Shown: positions 11,862 to 23,491 of the stretch, one piece after another
Numbering within the stretch: position 1 is the first letter of the stretch
Layout of the letters: every line of letters begins with the position of its first letter
Assembly: GCA_905331295.1 (NCBI GenBank)
Contig: CAJNYD010000369.1
Location: 124,001 to 180,363, forward strand
Direction of reading: 5' to 3'
Source: Rotaria socialis
Taxonomy: Eukaryota
DNA length: 56,363 bases
The notes under the pieces: generated by a model
Told to the model about the DNA's origin: nothing
The model's input: the letters and a program-made list of their open reading frames with translations, nothing else
Database searches by the model: none
Made by a program: the position numbers and the translations under genes

Positions 11862-14800
11862 TTAATCGATACTACTGAATGAATAATAACGTTCGAGGCG
11901 ATTGATATGAATAGGACTAAATTGTTGACTTTTAATAGTATGAATTAAAGAATAGGTCAATGAAGATAATCGTTCAACAACTCGATAAGGTCCTTCACGA
12001 CGTGGACTGAGTTTGTTGCCACGCCATTTACCCATCGCAAGACCAGAGAGAGCAGTGACCCAAACAAGATCATCAGGCTCGAATTGAAGTGGACGATGGT
12101 GTTGATTATATTGAGTGGCTTGTTTCTGATGAGAAATGTCAAGAAGTTCTCGTGTAGTAACATAAGCTGGCAAAAGATCAGCAAGTAAACGTTTACGATA
12201 ATCAGATAGATCAGTCGCAGTAGGAAATTGATCAACTGAAACAGGTGAAGGTAAACATAAATCTAACGGTTGTCGTGGATGGCGACCAAACATAAGAAAA
12301 GCAGGCATCTGCTCAATTGAATCACTTGGTGCAGTTCTTAGAGCAAATGCAATTTGAGGAAGTTTAAGGTCCCACGATTTATTGTCATTATAGGCGAGAG
12401 CGGCAAGTAAAAGTTTAAGAGTTCGATTGACACGTTCGCATAAATTGCTTTGAGGATGATAAAGTGGTGTTCGTTGGTGTTTAATATCAAGAACTTGACA
12501 AACATTGACGAATATATTAGAAATGAATTGAACACCGTTATCCGATATAACACGAACGGGAAATCCGAAACGACATAGCACTTCATCAACGAATAATTGA
12601 GCAATAGTTTTTGCTTTGGTATTCGCAAGAGCAAAAAGTTCAACCCATTTGGTGAAATAGTCAATAACTACGAGAATATAAGTATTACCACGTCGAGTTT
12701 TAGGTAAAGGTCCTGTAAGATCGATACCAATTGTATTCCATGGTTCACTTTCGACTATTGGACGCATTAAACCACCAGGTTTTTTATTAGAAGCTTTGAA
12801 TTTTTGACATAGCTCACAAGCACGTACATAAGCTTCAACATCATGACGCATATGTGACCAATAGAAACGACTCGAAAGGCGGTAGAGAGTCTTACGGTGA
12901 CCTAAATGAGCAGCTGTAGGATGGTCATGAGCGAGTGACAATAGATCAAATATTTTCGATTTTGGAATGACAAGATGAAGTTGTTCATGAGAACGAAATA
13001 ATGGCGTAGTTGAGCAAATAGTAGTAGAAGAATTATCTTCAACATTAGATTGCGATGAATGAAGTACACGATAAAGTGCACCATCGACAAGTCGATGACA
13101 AGAAACTCTTTTGTGGAATTTTGATGACTCAGTATCATCCGGAAGTTGTTGAGTTTGTAAATAATTTATAAGTGGACGAAGTTCAGCATCATTCCACTGC
13201 GCATTACGTATATCTTCATACAACTGTATATTATCACCAAAATGTATATTAGCGCAAAAAATAGAATGAGATGAGGTTGGAGACGATGAATTAGTAGTTC
13301 GATGAAGAGAAATAGGTATAGGAAATTGTGAAGGTGGCAGTGAACAATGATAAAAATAATCGAGTACAAGTAAATATCCAGGATCAACAACAGTTGATGA
13401 ACTAGACGACTCCTGGACAACTGTAGAATCATTAGAAATAGATAAATCATCAATAGGAGCACGCGAAAGAGCATCACAATTCGTATTATCAGCGCCTGGT
13501 CGATGTTGTATATCGACGTCGTAAGCAGCTATTTGCATGGTCCATCTCGCAAGACGACTATTAAGATCTTTAGTCTGATGTAACCATTTGAGTGCTTTAT
13601 GATCAGTTAAAATGGTAAACCGAACACCTTCAAGATATGGACGAAAGTGTGAGCAACCGTAAACGATAGCGAGACATTCACGTTCGGTAGGAGAAAATTT
13701 ACGTTCAGACGAAGTAAGAGTACGACTAGCGTAACCGATGACGTGTTCACGTTGAACTCCGTCATCATCGACAAGTTTTTGAGCTAAAATAGCGGAAAGT
13801 CCGAAATCAGAAGCATCGTGCTGAAGGATAAAAGTTTTGTCAAATTGTGGATAAGCAATGATTGGTGGTTCAATTAACAAATGACGAAGATGATCGAAAG
13901 CTTGTTGGCACAATGATGTCCACTGAAATCGTTTGTTGTCTGAATTACGAGTAAGTGAAATGAGAGGTTCAGCAATAGTAGCATAATTTTTAATAAACCT
14001 TCTTTAATAACTAGTAAGACCGAGGAATGTACGAACTTCCTTGAGTCGAGTTGGAACAGGATAATCACGTACAGCGCGAATTTTTTCAGGATCAGGTTCA
14101 ATACCTGTTTGTGAAACGATATGACCGAGATATCGAAGTCTCGTTTTACAAAATTGACATTTAGAAAGATGGAGAGTAAGACCACTTTCTTGAATTTGTT
14201 GAAGTACGGATTCAAGATGTTGTAGATGAGATGAAAATGTGGGTGAATAGACGATGATATCGTCAAGATAGACCAAAGCACAAGACCATTTCAGTCCTCC
14301 CAGGACTAAGTCCATTAGCGCTGGAATGTTGCTGATGCATTGGTTAATCCGAAAGGCATGACTGTAAAATGATAGAGTCCGGCATGTGTAACAAAAGAGG
14401 TTTTTGGTTGGCTTTCTTCATCGAGTTCTATCTGCCAAAATCCAGATTTTAAATCCATGGAAGTAAAATATTTGGCAGTGCGCAACTGATCGAGAGTATC
14501 ATCAATACGAGGTATTGAATAGACATCTCGAACAGTTACGGAATTCAATTGATGAAAGTCAACACAAAAACGCAAGTAGCCGTCCTTTTTCGGCTGTAAA
14601 GTAACAGGAGCAGCATAAGGACCATTAGCTGGTTCGATAATGCCATCCGTTAGCATTTGTTGAATTTGACTAGAAATAGTGTTTTGACGAACTGGTGATA
14701 CACGGTATGGACGTAATTTGATAGGGTTTGAATTACCAGTATCTACATGATGCTGGGTTAAAGATGTACGACCTGGTTTTTCGTTAAAGCAAGCACGATA

Positions 14801-16258
14801 TTGAAGAAGAAGATTTTCTAATTGAACAACTTGTTCAGAATTAAGATCAGTATCATTGATCTTAAGGTCACGTAAAAATTCAGAATTAGAAGAAGATACA
14901 GAAGTAGAAAATATCGATGAAGTTGATGGTTGAAATAGAATAGATGATGTCTGAGACGAAATAGGAATTGGAAAATGCAATGAGGAAGATACCGTTTGTT
15001 GATAGGTGCGAGAGCTCTATAAAGCCAAGGGAGAAAATGAACAACAAGGTACATTTGAACGAATTACATTCACACACGAAGACAAAAAATTTAACGAACC
15101 CGTACTGTTGTTTAAAGTGTTTCGTGAATCAGGCATTGATGGTGTAAATGATGATGTTGTTAGTGACTTTCCTTCTTTTTTAATGGGCATCGGTGATTCC
15201 CACGTCATAGATGAAGTTGAACATAAATTGAAATGTGCTTCATTATTTGTATCATCAAAATATAAATCAGCGACTGCAACAGGTTGACCAACATTAAACT
15301 TTTGTCGATGCGATGAGCAATTAATAATTTGTACAAATGATTTTCGGTCACGAAAACGAATTAGACTATTGGCAGTAGCAATATGAGGACGATGACCGGT
15401 GATAGAAGCATCCCAAGTGTTGTGAGAAAGAAAAGGTGGAGTGCTTACTTGAATATAAGCAACATGATATGGAGCAATAATACGTCGTTCAGTAGATATC
15501 ACTGGAACATCAATTCTACCTGCTTGAGTAAGATCAGATGATATTGAATATCTTCGATTCGGATCAGAACGCAACCACATCTTATTATCTTGCAAATCAA
15601 GAACGATTCCGATGGACTTCATAAAATCATTGCCAAGAAGAATCAGATGTCGAAAGTTTCTAGCAAGAATTGCAGGATGATCTATAGTAAGACCAGCAAG
15701 AGTAATTTGTACTAATACACGACCTTCTGGTCCGATAGAACTACCATCTGGTCTTTGTATTTCAGGTCCATTATAAGGAGCGATCGAACCGTTGGAGCTT
15801 ATCATCTTCCAATGGCTAGAACTGATGATAGTTACACCTAAGCCAGTGTCAAGTAAAACAATTCCTGGAATATCATTAATCTTAGCTTCAGTAGTTAGAT
15901 AACAATTTCGAGGATAATCATAAGACAAAGTCGAAGATTCAGGTGAAACAATAAATCCTGACGACTTTGTTGAGTGCGGAGCCAGATGAGAAGTAAACGA
16001 TTGATCAGAATGACGAGAAGAATTCGTAGATCCAACAATTGGTGTGGTTGACGATAAATCGTTGAATTTAGATGATGTAAATGTCAATGAAGTAATAGGT
16101 GGTGACGGATATGAAGAGGATGACGATGAAGAAAAGGAAGATAACACCTCTTCGTCCATTATCTTCCGACATCGTTTTCCGGATAAGAATCTTTGTGAGG
16201 ACGAGACAGTAAAGTAGATAATGATGATTGTTCTGAAGTTGACTGAGAAGAACGACAT
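11862..16258 (-). pseudogene. pol: pol polyprotein (protease, RT, RNase H, integrase with GPY/F motif), disrupted
   Basis: LLDTG protease; RT motifs PFGLTNA and YLDDII; RNase H DASDFG...ERECLA; integrase HHCC zinc finger, D-D-E core and GPY. Lesions: TAG at 15017-15019, 1-nt frameshift near 14315, TAA at 14004-14006. Confidence 0.92.
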
Positions 16259-18231
16259 GCTAACGAACTTGGTCGATAATTAATACTTTCAACGTTAAAT
16301 GGGCAACGTTCCCAAGAATGGCCATTTCGTTGACAATGAGGACACCACCAACGATTTTTAAAGTTTTTAGACGAATTATTTATGGTTAGAGCTCGATTCA
16401 AATTGCTGTTGGACTTTATTGACGAATGTTGATCTTTAGCATGGTTATTGTGATTATAAGAGTTATTAGAATAATGACGATCGGTACGATTATTAGATAA
16501 AGCATTGTTATTCAAACTATGATTGTAAGTGTTATTGTTGCTGTTGAAAACATAATTGGAATCATAATTAGAATCATAATTAGAATCATCATTATTGTTT
16601 ATTTTATTATTTTTATTTTTATTATTATGATTATAATTGCTATTATTGTTGTCGTTGTTTTTATAATAGGTTTTATCATCATAATCATCTGATTGATCTT
16701 CATAAGTAAAATAATCATCATTATTGAAATTTTTCATATGTTGACGTTGGCTATGTGTATTGTCAAATGAATTTGTATGTTGATGAGTATGTTGTTTATA
16801 ATTTTGTTTTTGGTCAGGTGGTCGATTAGACCACATTTGTTTAGTTGATGAAGTTGATGTAGGTTGGCGACTAATTTTTGTAAATGAAATGTTATTCGTA
16901 GTAATACTAAAGGTCTTCTTTTCTTGAAGAACTGCTTTTCTAAGTTTTTCGTCAACTTTTTGTTGTTCGATATTCGATTCGATAGTTTGTGCACTACGTA
17001 TAATTTCTCGAATCGGAAGACTTAAATTGGAGTCGAAACGAGACCGAATATCTGGACGAAGCTTTTGAACGAGCTTATGTTTTAACCATTGATCCGTACA
17101 TTCGGGATCGATTTCGATCATGAGTGTCTTCAGACGTTCGAAATAATCCAAAATATTTTTATGGTCGCCTTGGAACAGAAGGCGAAGTTCGGTTCGAAAA
17201 TGTTGGATTCGAGCCTGTATACGATATCGTTCATAGAATCGTATTCTAAACTCTTCCCAAGTATGCACACGGTCAGAAGATCGTTGCATCTGGCCAAACC
17301 AAATCAATGCTGCTTCGGATAAGGCTTGTTAAACAGTTTGCAGAAGAAAATTATCATTTTGGTCGACGATTGTCGAAGCACGAATTTCGAATTCAGTTAG
17401 AAACTGAACTGGCCTTTCTTCTGCTGTTCCTTTAAAGGAAGGGAATATGTTGTTCAAGTTCATGATGAAAGGTGTGGGTGTTTTTGCCACTGATAATGGA
17501 ATCGATGACGCATTAATTGGTTCAGTTGCTAATGGTGTAATGATTGGTGATGATCGTTTGATTACATTAGATGTTGTCATTGTAGCTGGCGGAGAAATGT
17601 TTTTAATATGAACAGAATTTTCACTCACCGGCTTGTAAATCGGATGAAACGCCGATGTTGATTCATGATGTGGTGACAAGAGAGCTGGTGGAACAGATAC
17701 ATGAGTTGTAGATAATGTTTGATCACCGTGTAATTTTAATTGATTATTATTATATGGTGAGTAAGTTCGATCAAGTTCTGTTTGAATTGGAGAACGTTGA
17801 GACAAGTTACTCATTGAACGTTCGAATGCATGTGAATAAGTTGATCTCACTTTGGATTCAACATTGATGGATTTCGGTGACACTCTTGAACGTTCGATAT
17901 GAGTGAGACGATCAGAGATCAAACGCATTTCTCCTCTCATATCTTGTAAAATACTAAGAAGAGATTTATTTACTTTTGTTTCATTGTCATGATGAACGTT
18001 GGATGAATCGGTTATTGGAGATAAGCATTTCATCAGGGCTTCCGTCTCGTTATGAGTCAATGAATTAAGAGGACGATGAAAATCATTCATAGGTGCTGGT
18101 GAATAGTCAAAAGGTTGAATAATAGTATCCACTGTATTAAAAATTGGTTGCTGCATTGTGGATATAAAATTATTTGATGAGAAAGGTTCTATGGATGGAA
18201 AATTCGATGATTTTTTTAAAATGGCACTCAA
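16159..18231 (-). pseudogene. gag: gag with Asn-rich region and CX2CX4HX4C knuckle; one in-frame stop
   Basis: ORFs 17329..18231 and 16159..17307 are in the same frame, separated by TAA at 17329-17331. Capsid-like FKGTAEERPVQFL...TWEEFR...; knuckle CPHCQRNGHSWERC. Confidence 0.88.
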
Positions 18232-18287
18232 ATAAATGTGAAGACCAATTATTTGTAGGTTGACGGGAGATAGAACTCACAACGTCA

Positions 18288-18305
18288 ATCCTGGTGTGAT
18301 CGCCA
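18288..18305 (-). promoter_or_regulatory. Primer binding site, probably complementary to a tRNA-Arg 3' end
   Basis: TGGCGATCACACCAGGAT begins 2 nt inside the 5' LTR on the minus strand. The TGGCGA...CCAGGA pattern resembles tRNA-Arg PBSs; the tRNA identity is inferred. Confidence 0.75.
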
Positions 18306-18307
18306 AT

Positions 18308-18593
18308 TGTCACGTCACTGAGTGCGCATAAGACACAACTAGTACAAGGACCAGGTGCCACGATAATTTATTTGTTAGATGGCAAGATTGTTTGTAAAAG
18401 TAAAGATTGAATATAGGTTGAGTTTATTTTTAAAGGATCAAGAAGTGTTCATTTTATTTAAGTAACTCACACTACTCTGAATGAGCGCGCGAAAAAGCAA
18501 GAAAATTAAATTAGTAAAACAAGCACATATTTAGATGTGTATACATATACAACAAGCATCAAAATAAGATACAAAGGCAATGCTGCCATCACA
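18308..18593 (-). repeat. 5' LTR
   Basis: Direct repeat of 10670-10955, adjacent to the PBS. Confidence 0.95.
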
Positions 18594-18599
18594 CCCCTA

Positions 18600-18696
18600 G
18601 GGGTGACCCTTTATCTTTATTTTCCTTTATACTAAAGGATAAAGATAAATGAATCCTTTATCTTTATTTAGTAAAGTAACACTAAATGACCACTCC
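18600..18696. mobile_element. Small degenerate MITE (~97 bp) flanked by TA
   Basis: GGGGTGACCCTTTA versus TAAATGACCACTCC (10/14 inverted match); TA on both sides; internal CCTTTATCTTTAT / ATAAAGATAAA repeats. Confidence 0.5.
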
Positions 18697-18739
18697 TAAA
18701 CACCCCTCCCCCTATAATTTTTTTCTGGTGACGCCCCAA

Positions 18740-18926
18740 CCCAGGTCGATCAAAACGGGCCACCGTAAACCGGCGTAACATTACCGTAAACGGTCGTTTT
18801 TGCATCGTATTCTATAGACCATATGGTCGTATTACTGCCCCTGTTATACGGGGAAAATACGGCACGTAAAACGGGCCGTATTTGTATCGTATACGACCGT
18901 TTACTGATCGTTTTCTTCGACCGGGG
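18740..18926. mobile_element. MITE with CCCAGGTCGA...TCGACCGGGG termini, inserted in the terminal TA of the hAT-type element
   Basis: Inverted termini; internal GTAAACGG / ACCGTTTAC subrepeats; flanks AA (probably mutated TA) and TA. Confidence 0.7.
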
Positions 18927-19022
18927 TACGTCTTATCTCTACTACCAGCAGAAATTTATAATCGTTTTGACCTAAAATTGATAAAAAAAAATGGTATTGT
19001 CATTGAGCGTACTGAATGAGTA

Positions 19023-19299
19023 CCCAGGTCGAACATTCCGGTCCCGGAAACGGCCGGTTCTGTGGTATTCCGGAGATTTCATGGAGGCAGTATTCTGGTG
19101 AAAGGGTCCGGTGACCGAATGTATCCGGTTCCGGCCGAAATCGACAGGAACCTGTCAAAACTGGTAGCCGGATACGGTTTTCGGATTCCTGCATCGAATT
19201 CCGGACAATTTCTGGTGGGTTCCGGTCGGAAACAGCGAGTTTCTTGCAGGTTTTCGCCGGAAATTTACGGAATACTGCTTCAGGAATTATTATCCTGGG
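19023..19299. mobile_element. GC-rich MITE with CCCAGG...CCTGGG termini
   Basis: TA|CCCAGGTCGAA...ATCCTGGG|TA; many CCGG/TTCCGG subrepeats; sharp GC rise. The overlapping ORFs are spurious. Confidence 0.7.
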
Positions 19300-19405
19300 T
19301 ATGAGTACGTATAAATAGATAGAGAACGGGTATGGGTATTTGGGTGCGATTGTTAATCTTGACTTTCCTTCCATCACACAGTCATACCCACAGCCACAAT
19401 GGTAC

Positions 19406-20869
19406 CAGAGGCGGCGGAACGATTTCAGTCTAGGGTAGGCTCACTTTTTTCGCAACATGATGTCTGTCCATATAAAAATATAGGCTTCAAATTTTTTTCC
19501 TGTATGACAAATGAAAAGTTTTAACGTCGTTTGCACCAATTACACTCTATTTTTTATGAAGTCATAATCGATTATAGTCAGCATCAATCGTGCAATCCAT
19601 GAAATTTCGATTGTATTTTTAGGTTATATTTTGAGAAAACCATTTGAAAATGGATTAAAAGCTCATTATTATAAGAGATTGCTTAATTCACTTCAATCTG
19701 ATTTCAGCCCTAGGTTTGTATTTATGGATGTGAACCAGCTGAAAGTATTTTTATTCTTTTTTTTTTACAATGAATATCGTTATTGATTTTCTGCCCAGAT
19801 TTTGATTGTTTATAAATGTGACAGCTAATGCATGATTGCACCCGAGAACATAGAAGCAAGCGAAGTAGCTGAGAAGAGTTATTGAAAAAATGCGCGAGAA
19901 AAAATAATCAGACAAGAAATAGAACTATTCCGTAGCTAAAACGTTTTCTCTCTTGATTCTTTAAAATAAAATTGGTGCAAATGCTTGATCAAGTTGATAG
20001 CAAAGTTTCTAGTGGTTTTAACAATGATATTTCTGCTCATAATCATGACTCACCTTTAGGATTATTTGAATTGATAAATAGAATTGCAATAACAGATGAA
20101 CTTTCATTAAAACAAGTGAGCTTCGTGTTTTATTTTGAAAGAAAGATAGAACCTGATTTTGTTTAGATGGTATCGAGATAGAAAGGAGTAATAGTTTTCA
20201 ATTATTTAGCAATGTAGTGAAAACCGGAGAAAGCCAACGATTTAACTGATTCATTAGCCAGCTCTGTTATAGCCACTTGCAGGCAATTGTTTCTCGTAAA
20301 CTGTGATTAACTTCTAAAATTTACCTGGTTTTTGTGACTGGAATAAAATTCAAAAATCATTTTAAATAGAATTTTGGAAAAAGAAATTCACTGTATTATA
20401 CTAAGAAAAAAGATTTGGATATCCAAATTCGATGCCAATGAAATTCAAAAAATATATCATTGACCACAAACTAGAAGCAGCTGCAATATGGACTGACAAT
20501 CTAAAAAGGCGTCATTGATCGAAAAAATATGAAAATAAACATTAGTAGCACATTTTTATATTTTACCGAGCCTATCAGGTCGTTGGTGTGCACTATTTGA
20601 AATTTGCTTAAACCCCAGGTTGACTAATCCGACGACGGATTCTATCGGATCCTAAAACATCCTACTAACCGAGGAAATCCAGTTGGATTCTGGGTTCTCG
20701 GCCCGAAACCCGGAATCTGTTGGTTCTTGTCGGTTTTCATGTAAGATCCGATGCAACCATTTTCAGATCCTATTGGATCCGATTGTAGGAATGAACGACC
20801 TGGGACCTAGTCTCCTCCAATCTATGTTAGACTTGTACCTACCCAGGCCTAATGACTCCGCCGCCACTT
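19406..20869. mobile_element. Degenerate hAT-like DNA transposon derivative (~1.46 kb)
   Basis: CAGAGGCGGCGGAA at the left end and CTCCGCCGCCACTT at the right; subterminal GGGTAGG/CCTACCC. TSD not conserved. Minus-strand traces (QLLRLLLCS, CHIYK) weakly recall a hAT dimerisation domain. Confidence 0.55.
20614..20804. mobile_element. MITE with CCCAGGT...ACCTGGG termini, nested in the hAT-like element
   Basis: Inverted termini; GGATCC/ATCCGA subrepeats; GC-rich. Confidence 0.6.
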
Positions 20870-23491
20870 AATTAGTTGATATATATTGACTTCTAGCGGT
20901 AGAAGCCACCGATTGACGATTATACATCTACTTTATTTCATATGAGTCATTTTTTAAAAACATTTAATTGAATATTTGATAGAATGAAATATGAATTGGT
21001 ATTTTGAATTCAACGATGTGCATAATTGAAAGTATATAGTTTCATTCCCGACTGTGAGCGCTGTTGATTACCAAATTTTTTCAGCGTTTCGTCCTCATTA
21101 ATTTTCCTTGCAAAAAGTTTGTTTGTCAGAAATTTCCCTTCTATGCAACCTCACCCACTCAGATTCATCACTAATAAGTTTGATCACGAATTAATTAGCA
21201 TCTTCATAGATGAAATTTTCCAGTTATACATTACTTTCTTTGAACTTTAGAAACGATGTTGAATGTGACTGAAGCGATTTATTTTTTGTATAAAAGCATT
21301 CGATAAAACAAACTGAAAAAATAATGAGTTGAAAACATTTGGCCATCCAAAGTATCATTTTCCTTTCATTCCCCACCCTAATGTCATCGTTGGTGACGAA
21401 AACAAAACTCGGTTGTTAACAATCAGATTTGTTCTATTGTAGTTATATTTAGAACGTGAATATTTCTATTTTTAATTTTCTTATTCATAACTGATGAACT
21501 AAACAGGGGAAAAGAAAAATGTTTTCAAAGCACTTCTTTATAAACGATCATGTTTATTTTCAAGTTTGTTTATTGCGCCTATTTCGATCACAGCACTATG
21601 TTTCTAAAGTACAAACTTTATTTTTATGACTCGTTGATCTACTTTTGTTTACTTTTCTGATGGCAATGCGGTCAGAAGGATTTTCGAGATTGTTTACAAC
21701 ATATATAACACGTACACTATGTATGTTTCTATAAATTTCTTTGCACCGCTGCATGTTTGGTCAAGTAAAAATACAATGATGACTACATCATGTTTCGTCT
21801 CCGGCTCGAATTGAAAGGTAACTAATGGAAATGTTGACGTATAGTAAGTAACGTAATTGATAGAAGACAAAATAAAAATGGAAACAATCTGCTAAAGTAT
21901 TCTCAATATTTTCATCGTGCACAAAGGTTGAACTGTTATTTTCAAAATAGGTAACATCTGAACTTGACCACGTTGCTGTTGTTTGGTTATACTTGAATGT
22001 AGAGAAAAATGTTGAGTTAACTGAATTCAAATACTTCCTGTCTGGAATAGCATATTCGAGGTCATATCACTAAATTGTCATATCTTCCCTTTGGTTTTTT
22101 AAATTTTCTATAAAATCAATAGGTTAAACACAAATCCATATTACATAATAGGATATTACACCCATTGGTTTACGTTGATTTCTCCATGCGATGAAGTTCC
22201 CATTAATCTGTATCAATCTTTCTTGAAGTAAACTTGCTAATTTTGAGATATATTCGTGTGTATTAATTATATTAAGAACTCGTGACATTAATTTAGTACA
22301 TCTTTTCAATTAGAACAAAATAGGAAAATATTTGTAAGAAATGTATCCAATGAAATTACTGTATGTCTTTGTTTTTCTTTCGATACAATATCATTATAAC
22401 AATATTAGTTCACCAATTAAAGATACAAAATACGAAAGAAGAAAAGAAATAGATCAATATTATTACAATAAATAAGATTGATTGTTGCAGGCACGAAGGA
22501 CAGAGCGAAGGCTTTCAAAAGATATCATTCATCATTTGAGTATTCTTTATATCGATTTCAGCTTTTATTCAGAATAGCAAATGTCAAATGACTTAGCAGC
22601 CTCTAAAAGAAATCAATGACAAAGAAGCAAAAATGAGCTACCATCTAAGTGAAGCACTGTTTCGATTATAGACACGCCTATAATACTTTCTTCACTAAGT
22701 TGAAAGTATGATTAACGTCGTTCTACTACTGCGAGTTACTAGACATTTTGTTAAAAATTAGAAAAAATTCTTTATGACTTTTCGTTGTATAAAATTCAAT
22801 GCAGTTTTTAATACGCAGACAGTTATGAATTTTCAATATTTTATCTGTAAGCATTTCAATGTTGATAAGGTAAAAATCTTACTAAGCTCAGTGCAATAAC
22901 TGAGTCACTTGAAGTACATACAATTAAAATAACCATTTCACTGAATACGATCGCTTTCAACGGTATGGATGCTTTTAAGTATGCTTATCCATAATGAGAC
23001 GGATTCCATCCATCCATCACGACTCCTTCGAGCGTGCTTGTACTCATTAATCACTATTATCATTTAGTCATTATTTTATATTTTCTCCTCTCTTCTCTTC
23101 TTCTTGACTGTTTATATTACTCGTATTAGGTTGCTCAAAAAAAAAGCCTTCATTCTGAATAAACGAAGGAACGAACAAGTCGTTCCATTACACATAGCCC
23201 TATAGATTCCTCCTGGGTCTCCATACGGGATGAGTGCATGTTTTCACATAGCTGGATTTTTTTCAAATTTTGTGAGCCTTTAGAAAAAAAATGAAGAAAC
23301 CGAGCGTATTTTATGTGCCAGGAAGAAATTGAATTTGGAAGAAAGAAACATAGTTCCTATTAATTAAAACGTAAAATAAATAATTAGAGCCAAATTTGAA
23401 GGTTTTTTTTGTTCTTTTGTTATCGATCGAGCAATATTGATAAAAGGATTAAAGCATTCTTTTATTTTGCTGTAGGAAAACGTTTTACACT

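Larger units (their letters stand above)
10670..18593 (-). mobile_element. Full-length Ty3/gypsy-type LTR retrotransposon (7.9 kb), coding capacity disabled
   Basis: Two 286-bp TG...CA LTRs; 5-bp TSD CCCCT (10665-10669, 18594-18598); PBS; gag with CCHC knuckle; pol in PR-RT-RH-IN order. Confidence 0.95.
10588..18928. mobile_element. Short non-autonomous hAT-type element split by three nested insertions
   Basis: Left end TAGGGGCGTAACTAG (10588); right end CTGGTGACGCCCC..TA (18725-18737 plus 18927-18928). Exact 8-bp TSD CGTCTTAT at 10580-10587 and 18929-18936. Confidence 0.75.

Noticed and set aside
16480..16730. Asn-rich, AAT-type repeats suggesting a separate repeat array or prion-like gene
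   Set aside because: It is a low-complexity segment inside retrotransposon gag.
19000..19377. 125-aa and 80-aa ORFs in a GC-rich patch
   Set aside because: They overlap a MITE; the open frames arise from GC richness.
21000..22310. Minus-strand protein-like fragments (KLFARKINE; DLEYAIPDRKYLNSVNSTFF...)
   Set aside because: Interrupted by stops, no consistent gene model and no family recognised.
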